In this document: piece after piece, positions 50,231 through 61,449 of the stretch | Position numbering within the stretch: position 1 is the first letter of the stretch | Layout of the letters: each line of letters begins with the position of its first letter | Assembly: GCF_001194135.2 (NCBI RefSeq) | Contig: NC_068991.1 | Location: 78,206,564-78,270,563, forward strand | DNA length: 64,000 nt | Origin: Octopus bimaculoides | Lineage: Eukaryota | Direction of reading: 5' to 3' | Translations under genes and position numbers: made by a program | Notes under the pieces: generated by a model | Told to the model about the DNA's origin: nothing | Databases searched by the model: none | The model's input: the letters and a program-made list of their open reading frames with translations, nothing else

Positions 50231-51924
50231 GCATGCATACATACATACATACATACATACATACATACATGCATACATACATACATGTATATACACACAC
50301 ACACAGATATATGCATGTACACACTACATACATACTGCTACTCCCTGATCCCGTCACTCGTCTTTACTCTTACGACACCAATGAAAAATGGAACCAGTTT
50401 TTCTTCCCTCAAACTTCCTCTCTCACTGACATAGATTTCACTATTATCTCTTTGGATGTTGTTCTCCTTTCAGCTCTGTTCTGAATATGAGAGCAATCCA
50501 TTGAAGTTCAGCAAATCTTAATATTTTAGTCTGTTTCTTTTTTCCTGGATCTCTATATTCTAAATAAAACACATGGTCTTTCTTATTCTGTACAACAACC
50601 GAGCCAGTGTGATTTTTCTCTTTGTTGTGATTCACAAAGTCATTTGGAATAAGGAAATAAAAAGCTTTGCTGGTTACTTTCTTTCCTTTCTTGGTGCTCT
50701 GTTGCCAAGTCCCAGAGGCCGTACTCTCTGTACTAAATAGAGAGAGTTGCCCCTTAAACTTCCTTCGGGTGCAACACAGTGCAGCGTTTGTGTTGAAATA
50801 CAGAAGGTGACGTCATGCACATTGTGTTGTTGCAGGTAGTATTGCTTCACATATCTCCTCCTTTCAACGCCCACCACCAGCTCACTCATGCCAAAAGCAA
50901 GGTGAGTGCATAAGCTTTTCATGCTGGTCCATAACCTCTCCATTACCAAGATCCCAATCAAACCACCATGCTATAACCAACGGCAACTATGTCCCTGTGA
51001 GCATTGACTAATTGGTTGGAGATTACACTCACTCACACGTGTCACGCATCTATGTATACGCACAGACACGCATACATATATATATACACATACATTCACA
51101 AACACACACAGAGATTACTTCACAAATGCCATGCTTTGTTCTTCCCCCGCCCCCCCAGCTAATCTCTGCATGCATGACAACATGACAAATTGTAATCCCT
51201 TGAACCAGATATATTTGACTTCCACAAATGTTGTTCTCTCTGATTAGTTTACACTTGTGTCGTAGACCTGCTTGAACAGATCTTACCAAGCTTATTCAAT
51301 AGTTTTATCATGAGTCAATAAGAGACCCTCACCATGTTCCCTCAGCCTGCTAGAAATAACAGCCAATTCTCCTTTAAATTGGCCAAAGACGGTTATATTA
51401 TGTCTATCAAGACAGGATGGTCATGGCTGGAAAACTTTTGGTCATATGTCTGATAGGCCAAGCCTGATTTGAAATGGACAGCAACAAAACCAACAACATT
51501 AGTGGACACATAATGAAGTTTCAGTTAGGAAATTATAATAATGATTTAATTCTTAAACTTTTATGTTGATTCTATAAATGAATTAAGAAAATAGGAAACT
51601 TATTGTGTCTTGGGCTGGTCATTATGCCAATAATAATAAACACCTGAACTGGTTTAATATCACTTCTGTATTGAACCAGAGCAGGTGTTTATTATTATTG
51701 GTGCAATGACCCTCCCAAGACACAACATGGTTTGTTTCAACACATGAATTCACATCAAGAACCTTGCAAACCCATAATGAGATAAGAAAATAAGAAAACA
51801 CATTGGAAATTTTATAGGACACAAAATAGTTTAAGTAATTAATTAGTTATATATACCTGTCTTTAAATAGCCATCCCAATATGGCTGCCTTTGAATAATT
51901 GGTTAGATGCACCTGTTTTTAAGG

Positions 51925-52223
51925 AGCTGAGGTGCAGCTGTGTGGCTAAGAAGTTTGTTTCCTGACCATGTGGTCTCAGGTTCAGTCCCACTGCATGGCA
52001 CTTTGGGAAAACATCTTCTACTATTACCCTGGACTAACTAAGGCCTTGTGAGCAGACTTAATGGATGGAAACCATCCTACGAGCAGTGTTGTTCCTTTCC
52101 AGTCTTCTAAACATGGGGAAACAGGTGAGGGTTGGTGACTGGAAGGGCATCCAGCCATAGAAAATCTCTCTCAACAAATTCCATTTGATGCATGCAAGCA
52201 TAGGAAAGTGGACATTAAACAGA

Positions 52224-52282
<59 letters not shown>

Positions 52283-52285
52283 CGA
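51925..52285 (+). mobile_element. SINE family D (family-B head/core, different tail, (GAT)n end), CpG-decayed
   Basis: Head gctgtgtggctaagaag..ggttcagtcccactg, core, tail ggttggtgactggaagggcatccagcc..ggacattaaac + (GAT)n. Confidence 0.85.
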
Positions 52286-52784
52286 TGACGATGGTATACT
52301 TATCTTTGCATAGTTGGTTAAATATGCTTGTCTTAATCTATATATTGATTTTTGTTTATCCTTTCCCCCACCCAAATCAATTCTATCTGGATCAATGAAG
52401 AGGTAATTTCTATACCAGTTATTGTGGTTGTTGACTTAAGTGTGCATACACACACACACTGTGTGGAGAAATATTTTCTTTGACAGGAGAAAAGATCGAA
52501 GAGAGAGAGACAGGATATGTGCTGTCCTTAGGACAGTCCTGAAAAAAAAGAAAGTACAGGACTTAGAAAAATTCAAGGACTGCTGCATTGTGTGTGAATC
52601 TGAGTGGGGAATAGAATCATAATTAACTGGTTCTCCTGTATTCTCTTTTACCCAAAGCCAAGACATTTTCAGTACTCCCTCATATACGTGTGTGTGTTTT
52701 TTGTGTGTGTGTGTGTGTGAATGTGTATGTATATACTTATGCACACACATGTGTGTACATGTATGTTTGTGCATCTGTATTTAT

Positions 52785-52990
52785 GTTTGTCTCCCACCAA
52801 ACCTAAGAAACCAATACCAACTGCTGTTGGTTTGTTTATATCCCCATAACTTAAAAGCTTGGCAAAAGACATCAACAAAATAAGTATGATACTTAAAAAA
52901 AAATAAGCGCTGAGGTTGATTTGTCTGACCAAAACCTTTTATAGCAGTGCTCCAGCATGGCTGGAGTCCAATCACTGAAACAAGTAAAAG
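52785..52990 (+). mobile_element. SINE family B 3' half, heavily CpG-decayed
   Basis: atatccccataactta..ttggcaaaag..gcagtgctccagcatggctggagtccaatcactgaaacaagtaaaag. Confidence 0.85.
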
Positions 52991-53185
52991 ATAAAACATT
53001 TTCAATTGAAATTCCTCAATGTGGTTCTCTTGTTCCCCTAAAAGAAGCATGACATTATCATTACAGAAAACTATTTTGGAAAAATGAGATTTTTTATCCA
53101 AAGAATGATTCTATTTAATTTGCTATTTCTTGATCTGATTTCTGTATAATTCTTGAACCATGGCTGTTTTTCTTTGCACCAACAG

Positions 53186-53271
53186 ATTCCATTTCCAACG
53201 TCAACCATACATTCTAATATGAGTGTCTACCAGAAGATAATTGAAATCCAGAAATACATAGAAGCTCTTGA
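53186..53271 (+). CDS. VASH: Vasohibin coding exon 2 (86 nt, phase 0-2)
   Basis: IPFPTSTIHSNMSVYQKIIEIQKYIEAL(E) matches VASH1 IPIP...RLEAVQRYIRELQ. Acceptor tttctttgcaccaacag. Confidence 0.92.
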
Positions 53272-54821
53272 GTATCCTTTGTAGAAATTAAAAGAAAATG
53301 GTATTCTCCATTTATATATTTTTTTTATGGTTTTGTCAGTAAAGAATGAAGGGCAATGTTGATGGTTCTTTTACAAGATCCCAAAGACAAGTAGAGGGAA
53401 AGAAGGAAGAATTTTATATCCTTATATCAGAGACATGATCCAAATGTTTGCAACAGAATGGATTCTGCCACTCTGCTAAAAAAAAATACCCAAGAATTAA
53501 TCAGTGGTTTTTAACCATTTTAATGCCAACCGTCCTGAAACAAACACTTAAAGTGATCTGAATTAAAATCTTCCATAAAGATTTCCTGTTAAATTTCTTC
53601 TAAATACCAGCTTAAAAACAGCAAAGGTATTTTAATAAATTTTTCATTATATTTAAAATTAGCTGAAGAAAGGGTAGTGTATTCCAGCAGAAATATGGTA
53701 ACAAACTGGTTAAAGTAATCTCAATTAAAACCTTCCTAAAGCTTGGAATCAAAATTTTAAAACAAAGATATTTACAGCAATCAAAATAAATCACTTCATA
53801 ATTTTTTACTTGTTTAATTTTATTTTTATCCAAAGTTATTAAGCTCATGTTTAACTTATTGGCCCCATTTAGATTTAAAAAGCCATTAAACTTAATCAAG
53901 TCCCTCAGAATCTACTGAAACCCTTTTTAGTTTCAGAGTCTCTTCAAACTGTTTGGAGCCCCTAGAATTAATGAGGCCCTCTAAATTACCTTATTATGCT
54001 TTGAATTAGCTCTTTTTCAAATAGTGCCCTTTTTCAAAAATACTCTGAGCCCGTTTCCTTTTAATTTGAGGGTAATCAACAGTAATGCATTATCTCAACA
54101 AAGTAACATCAACTGTTTGGATGAAACATCTTTTCCACAGTTGGAAAGAATAAAAGGTCATTTGTGATCAGCTCTCGGTCAAACAAAGTTGGCTGCTCTT
54201 AGTATCATGTGCATTGAAGCAGATAAACTCCATGAAAAAAAAAAAAGTTTTGATGACTCAATCAAAGCCTTTATTGTTTATAAATAAGAAAAAAATACAG
54301 TTTAATTTATTCTGTTCTTGGCTAAAAAATCTTTTAATTATTTATATTTCAGTAAAAACTGTGATACCTAATTTTAGTTTTCTCAAACTATTCATATCTA
54401 AAAAAAAAACCTGCTCTTAATAATTTAATTTATTTATATTCTGTCAGTTTATTATGTGCAATATTTTATGTTGGCTTTTCATTTCTTCCTTAAATACTGA
54501 TCCTTTAGATCAAACTGCATTTAGTTTTGTTGTTCAACTCTGTTCATACCAAACTGTAATGACTATTTGCCATGTTGCAATTCAATGGTGTGATACAGTC
54601 TTTTGGTTGTTTGGTTGCAGCAGCCAAATTCATTTGACATGAACAATGAGATTTTGATTGGCTTTAGAAATCTAAACAGTTAAAAACAATGTATGCAAAA
54701 CCACAGGGCACCCCAACCAAAACCAAAACCAAAAAAAAATAAGCCTATTGGCCCAAGGATTCCAGCAGATCTAAATCTGCCACATTTCAATATCCATATT
54801 ATTTTACTTAATTGACTTTAG
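53272..54821 (+). other. VASH: U12-type (minor) GT-AG intron
   Basis: Donor GTATCCTTT, branch-like TTACTTAAT at 54804-54812 with the As 10-11 nt from the 3' end. Confidence 0.9.
54100..54295 (+). mobile_element. hAT transposase C-terminal dimerisation-domain remnant
   Basis: SFPQLERIKGHL*SALGQTKLAALSIMCIEAD..FDDSIK resembles hAT SFS.LK.IK..LRS.M.Q.RL..LA.LSIE..FDD.I. Confidence 0.75.
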
Positions 54822-54878
54822 ATACAATTATACTGGGACACAGTTTTTCCATATCCAGAAGTCTAAACCTCTTTNNNN
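54822..54878 (+). CDS. VASH: Vasohibin coding exon 3 (visible to 54874; last ~4 nt inferred inside N-gap)
   Basis: YNYTGTQFFHIQKSKPL matches VASH1 YNHTGTQFFEIKKSRPL. A 57-nt length keeps phase 2-2. Confidence 0.92.
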
Positions 54879-55861
54879 NNNNNNNNNNNNNNNNNNNNNN
54901 NNNNNNNNNNNNNNNNNNNNNNNNNNNNNNNNNNNNNNNNNNNNNNNNNNNNNNNNNNNNNNNNNNNNNNNNNNNNNNNNNNNNNNNNNNNNNNNNNNNN
55001 NNNNNNNNNNNNNNNNNNNNNNNNNNNNNNNNNNNNNNNNNNNNNNNNNNNNNNNNNNNNNNNNNNNNNNNNNNNNNNNNNNNNNNNNNNNNNNNNNNNN
55101 NNNNNNNNNNNNNNNNNNNNNNNNNNNNNNNNNNNNNNNTATATATATATATATATTTATAATGTGGGCAGCTGGGTGCAATATAAACCGTACAGGCAAA
55201 ATTTAGTCATCACTAATTGTGACCGTATGTGCTACAAACACATATATTGCTAGAAATAGCAGTTAAACCACTCATAGCTGCATGAAAATACATTTATATA
55301 TTCTAAGAGGATAGATAACTGCCCCATGAGGGAAGCAAAGCTGGAACACTGGATTGCAAAGTTTGCATCATCTGCTCCAGCTGAGGCAGGATCCAGGCTG
55401 TTCCATGAGCATCTATTCAATCTGGCATGATGTTCCCTAATGCCATACGTAGTGGACCAAAGACTTCACATTGTGTATTTCTAGGATCCTGAAAGAAAAC
55501 TTGGGGTTATTTAAGCACAGCTTAAAGGGAAACTCCATTACTCCAATATATTTCTTTGTGTTATTCGTGCTGCTGCTGCAATCATTGCCATTCCTGCTGT
55601 TTATAAGAGTTATAAGAGTTCAGGGGTGTCAATGACTCTCACCATAACACTGGGTTAATCAGGTGGCGCTTGGGATTGGAGGGGAAGTTTGGTTTGTGAT
55701 CTTTGATGGTGATAAAAGCATCTCTCTCTCTTTCTCACTCTCTCTCTATACATATATATGTGTGTGTATTTATATATATTTTTATACCAAAAATTAGGCA
55801 AAAATATTGTATCTGTTAACAAACTTAGCAAAATACTCACAATTGAGTTTTTGTATATATA

Positions 55862-56053
55862 TTGACTTAAATGAGAGCTCAAAACTGATCCAGTGAAAAT
55901 ACTTTATTATAATAATAATAATGAAAATGACTTATGATCATTATGCACGAATCGATCTGGATATTGCATCGAAATGATCATAGGTCATTTTCATTATTAT
56001 TATTATAATAAAGTATTTTCAATGGATCAGTTTTGAGCTCTCATTTAAGTCGA
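55862..56053. mobile_element. Palindromic MITE-like element, 81 bp arms, inserted in (TA)n
   Basis: Arms 55862-55942 and 55973-56053, 3 mismatches, TA repeats both sides. Confidence 0.9.
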
Positions 56054-56069
56054 TATATATATATATATA

Positions 56070-56480
56070 TCATCATCATCATCATCGTTTAACGTCCGCT
56101 TCCCATGCTAGCATGGGTTGGACGATTTGACTGAGGACTGGTGAAACCGGATGGCAACACCAGGCTCCAATCTAATTTGGCAGAGTTTCTACAGCTGGAT
56201 GCCCTTCCTAACGCCAACCACTCAGAGAGTGTAGTGGGTGCTTTTACGTGTCACCCGCACGAAAACGGCCACGCTCGAAATGGTGTCTTTTATGTGCCAC
56301 CCGCACAAGCCAGTCCAGGGGCACTGGCAACGATCTCACACGAAAATCCTACGGGAGCCAGTCAGGCGGTACTGGCAACGGCCACGCTCAAAATGGTGCA
56401 TCTCATGTGCCACCCGCACAAGAGCCAGTCCAGGGGCACTGGCAACAATCTTACTTGGCTTGCTGGGTCTTCTCACGCAC
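56070..56480 (-). mobile_element. SINE family D, CpG-rich (young) copy with internal tandem duplication
   Basis: (CAT)n gtttaacgtccgc...ctggatgcccttcctaacgccaacc. The block aacggccacgctc..atgtgccacccgcacaag..ccagtccaggggcactggcaac occurs twice. Confidence 0.88.
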
Positions 56481-56603
56481 AGCAAAGATAAAGAGAGAGA
56501 GATTACATATATGTATGTGTGTGTGAGTGTGCAGGTGCGCACGCATGTGTGTGTATGTATATATTTATATGTATGTATGTGTATATATGTTCCAATCTTT
56601 CAG

Positions 56604-56678
56604 CTTAATGGAAACAGCCAAAGAAATTATGAAGGAATGCCTTCCAATCAAATGTCTTGAAGCTGTCATACTTGCTGT
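56604..56678 (+). CDS. VASH: Vasohibin coding exon 4 (75 nt), contains catalytic Cys
   Basis: LMETAKEIMKECLPIKCLEAVILA(V) matches VASH1 LMDLAKEMTKEALPIKCLEAVILGI. Cys codon at 56653-56655. Confidence 0.96.
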
Positions 56679-56829
56679 GTATCCTTCACTCAAAGACAAT
56701 TAAACATGTTTTCTCAATATTCTCCCAAAGGAAATCCAAATAATTTTAAAGTACTTTTTCACAACTTTTGTGTTGTAGAAGGGGTTTGTATTTTTTGTCA
56801 TCATTTTGGAGGAGTGTACGTCATTCTTA

Positions 56830-56932
56830 TTATCATATTTATTGGGTGGACTCTTTTTAATTATCATATTTATTGGGGAGGAGTCTTTTTAATTATCATA
56901 TTTATTGGGGTGGAGTCTTTTTAATTATCATT
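56830..56932 (+). repeat. 31-32 bp tandem repeat x3 (ttatcatatttattggggtggagtctttttaa)
   Basis: Direct observation. Confidence 0.95.
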
Positions 56933-57042
56933 TTTAGAAAGCTTGCCATTTTTATTATCATTTTAGGCCAGCCTCTCCAACACATTTTTTTATCATGTTC
57001 TTTTAAGGTTTTACCTTTTTTTTTTTTATTATCATGAGTGGT

Positions 57043-57400
57043 GTGAAGGTGCGTGGCTTAGTGGTTAGGGCATTTGGCTCACAAACATAAGGTTGTGAGT
57101 TCAATTCCTGGTGACGTGTTCTGTCCTTGAGCAAGACACTTTATTCCCCATTGCTCCAGTCCACTCAGCTGGCAAAAATGAGCTGTACCTGTATTTCAAA
57201 CGTGGTTCTCGGGGGAGATTCAGCATGGCACAAAGTGTGGCAAGGCTGGCCAATACAGGGAATAAAATTACAAAAAGAAAACAGGCTTGTGGCAAAACAA
57301 TATAGGTGCTTACTGTACATGATCGTTGGCATAACCTGCTAGAAATAACATCTAAATCTCCCTTAAATTCAAATGTCTGCCCTGGATGGTTTGAATTGAC
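57043..57400 (+). mobile_element. tRNA-derived SINE family C
   Basis: ggtgcgtggcttagtggttaggg..gagttcaattcc..ccttgagcaagacacttt..ctgctagaaataac. Confidence 0.85.
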
Positions 57401-57431
57401 AACCTTCATACTCTCTCTCTCTCTCTCTCTT

Positions 57432-57812
57432 TTGACTGCGGCCATGCTGGGGCACTGCCTTTAGTTGAGCAAATTGACCCCAGGGCTTATTCTTTGTAAG
57501 CCTAGTACTTATTCTATCGGTCTCTTTTGCCGAACCGCTAAGTTACGGGTGATGTAAACACACCAGCATCGGTAGTCAAGCGAAGTTGGGGGGACAAACA
57601 CATACACACAAACATATACACACACATACATATATATATATACATATATACGACGGGCTTCTTTCAGTTTCCGTCTACCAAATCCACTCACAAGGCTTTG
57701 GTTGGGCCGAGGCTATAGTAGAAGACACTTGCCCAAGGTGCCACGCAGTGGGACTGAACCCGGAACCATGTGGTTGGTAAGCAAGCTACTTACCACACAG
57801 CCACCCCTGCGC
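57432..57812 (-). mobile_element. SINE family B, full length, partly CpG-decayed
   Basis: Colinear with 33890-34272. Confidence 0.95.
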
Positions 57813-57944
57813 CTATAATTTTTTTTATGTCCCTTCATCCTGGATAGAAAAACCTATGTATTTAAGGTAAGGTGACTATTCTAGATGGTTAGGTGTGCCG
57901 TAGCAATGAAGAATTAAGTATTTTAGTAGCAATGGAGCATTTAT

Positions 57945-58112
57945 ATCTAGTTTCCAACCAGGGATCTACAAACCCCTAGCAATCTACAAGGGGGGTCTAT
58001 AATCTGAGTCAAACATTTCTTGAGTGAACAGACCTTTTGAAATTTAGGGTCTGTGAGAAAAGTCATTTCCATAAAAAGAGATCCTTTGCAGTGAAATGAT
58101 TGGGAACCATGC
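57945..58112 (+). mobile_element. hAT-like MITE fragment
   Basis: Ends ttgggaacca (Charlie-type TIR-like). Internal segment is the reverse complement of 59415-59455. Confidence 0.6.
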
Positions 58113-59159
58113 AACCACTTGATTTTTCTATAAATAGCAGCAAAATTTCCCTTGCATCACTTCCTCTTGTTACAAAACAAGAAGGACACAGTGGATGATG
58201 TAGTTGTAGATGTAGAAAGAGTTGAGATGGTCATGTATGGAATGCCTTTGATCATAGATCAACTCAAACAAGGTTGACTAAACTAAGGCAAAATTACATT
58301 AACGAGAAATTCTCTGCCCAGAAACACAATGTGATGCTTGTCATGGACTTGAACCCACAACCCGTGACCAGGTTGTCCAATCACTTTATCCACTCAGCTA
58401 TTATGACCTCGGCTCATTAATGACATAAATATACAAGAAAATTAATTCTAGCCCAACCTGGAATCAAAACAGAAGGTTGTGGGTTCAATTCACAAGGTGC
58501 TCCACCTCAACAAACATATCCTTGTTGCTGTTGTTATCATTGTTGTTTAACCCCAGGTTAGTCCTGATGGAAGAGATTTAGGATTGAAGACATCCCAGCC
58601 ATGACCAACGCAGCCTTTTTTCTTTCTGCTGGTCACTTGTGGTCAAGGGTCACTTTGGTTGCATGTGCCATCTTTGCACTGCTTTAGCTGCCTGTACTGT
58701 TGTGACCAAGCATAAACAATCTCTCAAAGCTGCCCCACCTCCTTTGATCCAGTGAAATGTCCCAGATGTGACTGCTGATGGGAGAGAGGGGTCACACCAA
58801 CGTTTTTCTGGGGCTTATTTTTGCTGAGGAGACATGAGCAACATGAAATAAAGTTCCTTACTCAAAGACACAATGTAACACCTGGTCCAAAAATTGACCT
58901 CACAACCTCTTGATCATCAACCCAACAACATAAACATTCAGCCACATGCCTGCACTTCTAGACAATGTTTCCATGACTCTGTTATCCTATGTATCCTTCC
59001 ATTTTTCATAATAGTAAGGTATGATTTTTGAGAGATTTAGTAGCTATTTCTAGCAGACAAGGCAACCACATAGTGGTTTCTTCCATTACCCATTCTTAAA
59101 TATCAATACTTTTAAATAACCAATCAATAAAATTGAAGAATTTCCTGAACGAGACAAAG

Positions 59160-59331
59160 TTATATGACAAATGGGATTCCAGTTCTTGAAAGGTTTTCAA
59201 TTGGGTTCAAGACAGTCTTCAAAACTGTGGAATATCGACATGTTGTCTTGGGCCTCTACTACAAAGGGGCTTACGGTGCTCTTGGCATGAGTCGGAGGGA
59301 AAAACTCATGTATAAACCATTAGTTTATTCG
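59160..59331 (+). CDS. VASH: Vasohibin coding exon 5 (172 nt), catalytic His and Ser
   Basis: YMTNGIPVLERFSIGFKT..YRHVVLG..YGALGMSRREKLMYKP matches VASH1 YLTNSMPTLERFPISFKT..FRHIVLG..YGALGMSRREDLMYKP. Donor TCG|GTAAGA. Confidence 0.97.
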
Positions 59332-59384
59332 GTAAGAGGATTTTCTTTTTATCTTTTGACCATTTTCTTTGATAATTTATAGGG

Positions 59385-59535
59385 TCCCCAACTTTATCAC
59401 CCCTTTTTTTTAAATGAGTTTTCCCACAGACCCCAGGATATTGAAAGGTCTGTCAGCTTAACATGCTCACAGACCCCCAGTACAACCATTGCGGATCACC
59501 AGGGGTTTGTCGACCTCATGTTGGGAACCATTGAT
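59385..59535 (-). mobile_element. hAT-like MITE fragment, inverted relative to 57945-58112
   Basis: aaatgagttttcccacagacccc..gaaaggtctgtc reverse-complements aacagaccttttg..gggtctgtgagaaaagtcattt. Confidence 0.6.
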
Positions 59536-60454
59536 TTATAGCTTCAACTGCTGATCTGTCCCTGACAGAATTTTCACTGTCTCTGGCACAAATTTGCCAC
59601 ACATCATCATTGGTATCTCTTTGTGTGAAGAATTTCATTCCTTTGAATTGTATAAACTATAGGTTATCTACAGAAGCCATTTTTTTTTTCTCTCAAAAAA
59701 ACAAAAATTGGCAAATCAGACAAGAGAAACTGTATGGAATCATCCATGAATCCACTTGTAAGTGCATAACTGTGTGTTACTGATGCACATACCACCATGC
59801 ATATGCATTTGCAATATGTATGTGCATAGCTGTGCATTGCCAATGCAGGCCACTATGCACAAATATGTTGACACTAAATTGATTGACAAACACAGTGGAA
59901 ATGAGAGACTCTGGTAGATATATGAGGCAACCCCTATCACCCTACACTAGAGATGAAAAAAAGGAAAAGACTTATTGATAATAGATTGGTAAACATGCTT
60001 TGATATGTGCCGCAGGCTGGTTCACATCCACTGCTTTGTTAGTTTGCACACATTGGTGTGTAAATAAACATCCATCTGTGTTTCATGTTTGTGTGTGTGT
60101 TTATATGCAAGTGTGTAGTATTGTATGTTGGTAGAGGAATTCCTTATTTTTTATTCTCTTGGATTATTAGAAAGAATGGTGAAGAGATTTGTAAAATTAT
60201 AATTTGATTCACATTGATGAAGTCACGGATGGCAACAAAAGGATTCTGAGAAGCGTGGCTGATTGATTGATTGGCCAAGTGATTAGACAAATATTCGATT
60301 GGTCAAACAATTGGCTAAATGTCTAGCAGACAGGTATAACCAATACCAAAGAAGAGTAATTCCCAGAAACCAGCCAGTCTGTTGGTTCCTGTCAATGCTA
60401 GATGGGAGTTGCCCACTCCCTTGTTTGCAATATAACAGACAGATATTCTTTTCT

Positions 60455-60650
60455 GCTCTAGGCACAAGACCCAAAATTTTGGTGGAGGGGGATAGTCAAT
60501 TAGATCAATCTCAGTACACAACTGGTACTTAATTTATCGACCCCCAAAAGGATGAAAGGCAAAGTCGACCTTGGCAGAATTTGAACTCAGAACGTAAAGA
60601 CAGACAAATTACTGAAAAGCATTGCGCCCAGCATGCTAACGTTTCTGATA
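60455..60650 (-). mobile_element. SINE family A, CpG-decayed
   Basis: ggcacaag..atcgaccccc.aaaggatgaaaggcaaagtcgaccttggcagaatttgaactcagaacgtaaagacagac. Confidence 0.88.
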
Positions 60651-61095
60651 TTGTGTCATTAACCTGCTGGAGGATGTGTTCTCCTGGGGTTAAAAAGAGT
60701 AGTAACAGTGTTCTGTACGGAACAACCCCATTGAGGTGGTAACAACCATTACTTCGAAGTAGAGTAACTACTTGCCTCTCATAGAGATTTTGGAACTAGC
60801 CACTTTACTTGCTGATTAACTAAAGGACTAATTGGTTAAGTGATTAACTACTTGAGTAATAATAAGTAATAATTTGAAAAAGTGAAATAGAACCAGTGCA
60901 TGTGTTTTGGTTGGCATTATGACCCTCCCAAGATACAACAAAATCTTTTTCATCACATGGCTTCTCGTCCGGAACCTTACAAACCAAATAAAAAATTTTT
61001 TTTTTAATTCAGAATCTTTTATAAGTTTTAGATTTTGAGTTGAGACGTTGCATTTGAATAAAAACAATAAAAACATCCACTATTATTACTTTCAG

Positions 61096-61141
61096 AGTTT
61101 ACATGAATTGATATTGAATTACCAGCTGTCTTACAAAGACT
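61096..61141 (+). CDS. VASH: Vasohibin coding exon 6 (46 nt, phase 0-1)
   Basis: SLHELILNYQLSYKD matches VASH1 TLSELVLDFEAAY. tttcag acceptor, T|GTAAGT donor. Confidence 0.9.
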
Positions 61142-61449
61142 GTAAGTTATTCGTTTTCCCAGTTTAGTCTGGTTGTAAGGTGTTGTGTTGCTCTGGCAAT
61201 GAGACAGCATGGGTTGATGCTCGTTGCTTACAATAGGTGCATGATAGTTCAAGATATGTATGTGTGCATGTGTATGTGTGTGTGTGTGTGTGTGCATTTG
61301 TACGCTGTATGCATACATACATATGTACATATATACGTTTGCATATATGAATGTGTATGTGTATATGCATGTATGTTATGAATATCTGTTATGTATGTAT
61401 ATATGTGTATATGTCACAAGTGCACCATAACTTACTACCTAGCTAAAAT

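Larger units (their letters stand above)
56679..59159 (+). other. VASH: U12-type (minor) GT-AG intron
   Basis: Donor GTATCCTTC, branch-like TTTCCTGAAC at 59141-59150, purine-rich gagacaaag acceptor with no pyrimidine tract. Confidence 0.92.

Noticed and set aside
53416-58998. Extra U12-like donors: ATATCCTT at 53416 and 58516, GTATCCTT at 58991
   Set aside because: No adjacent exon or homology support. Treated as chance 8-mers, and as a caution on the 43572 call.
60214-60250. C/D-box snoRNA-like TGATGA...CTGA in a VASH intron
   Set aside because: Only about 35 nt between the boxes and no terminal stem.
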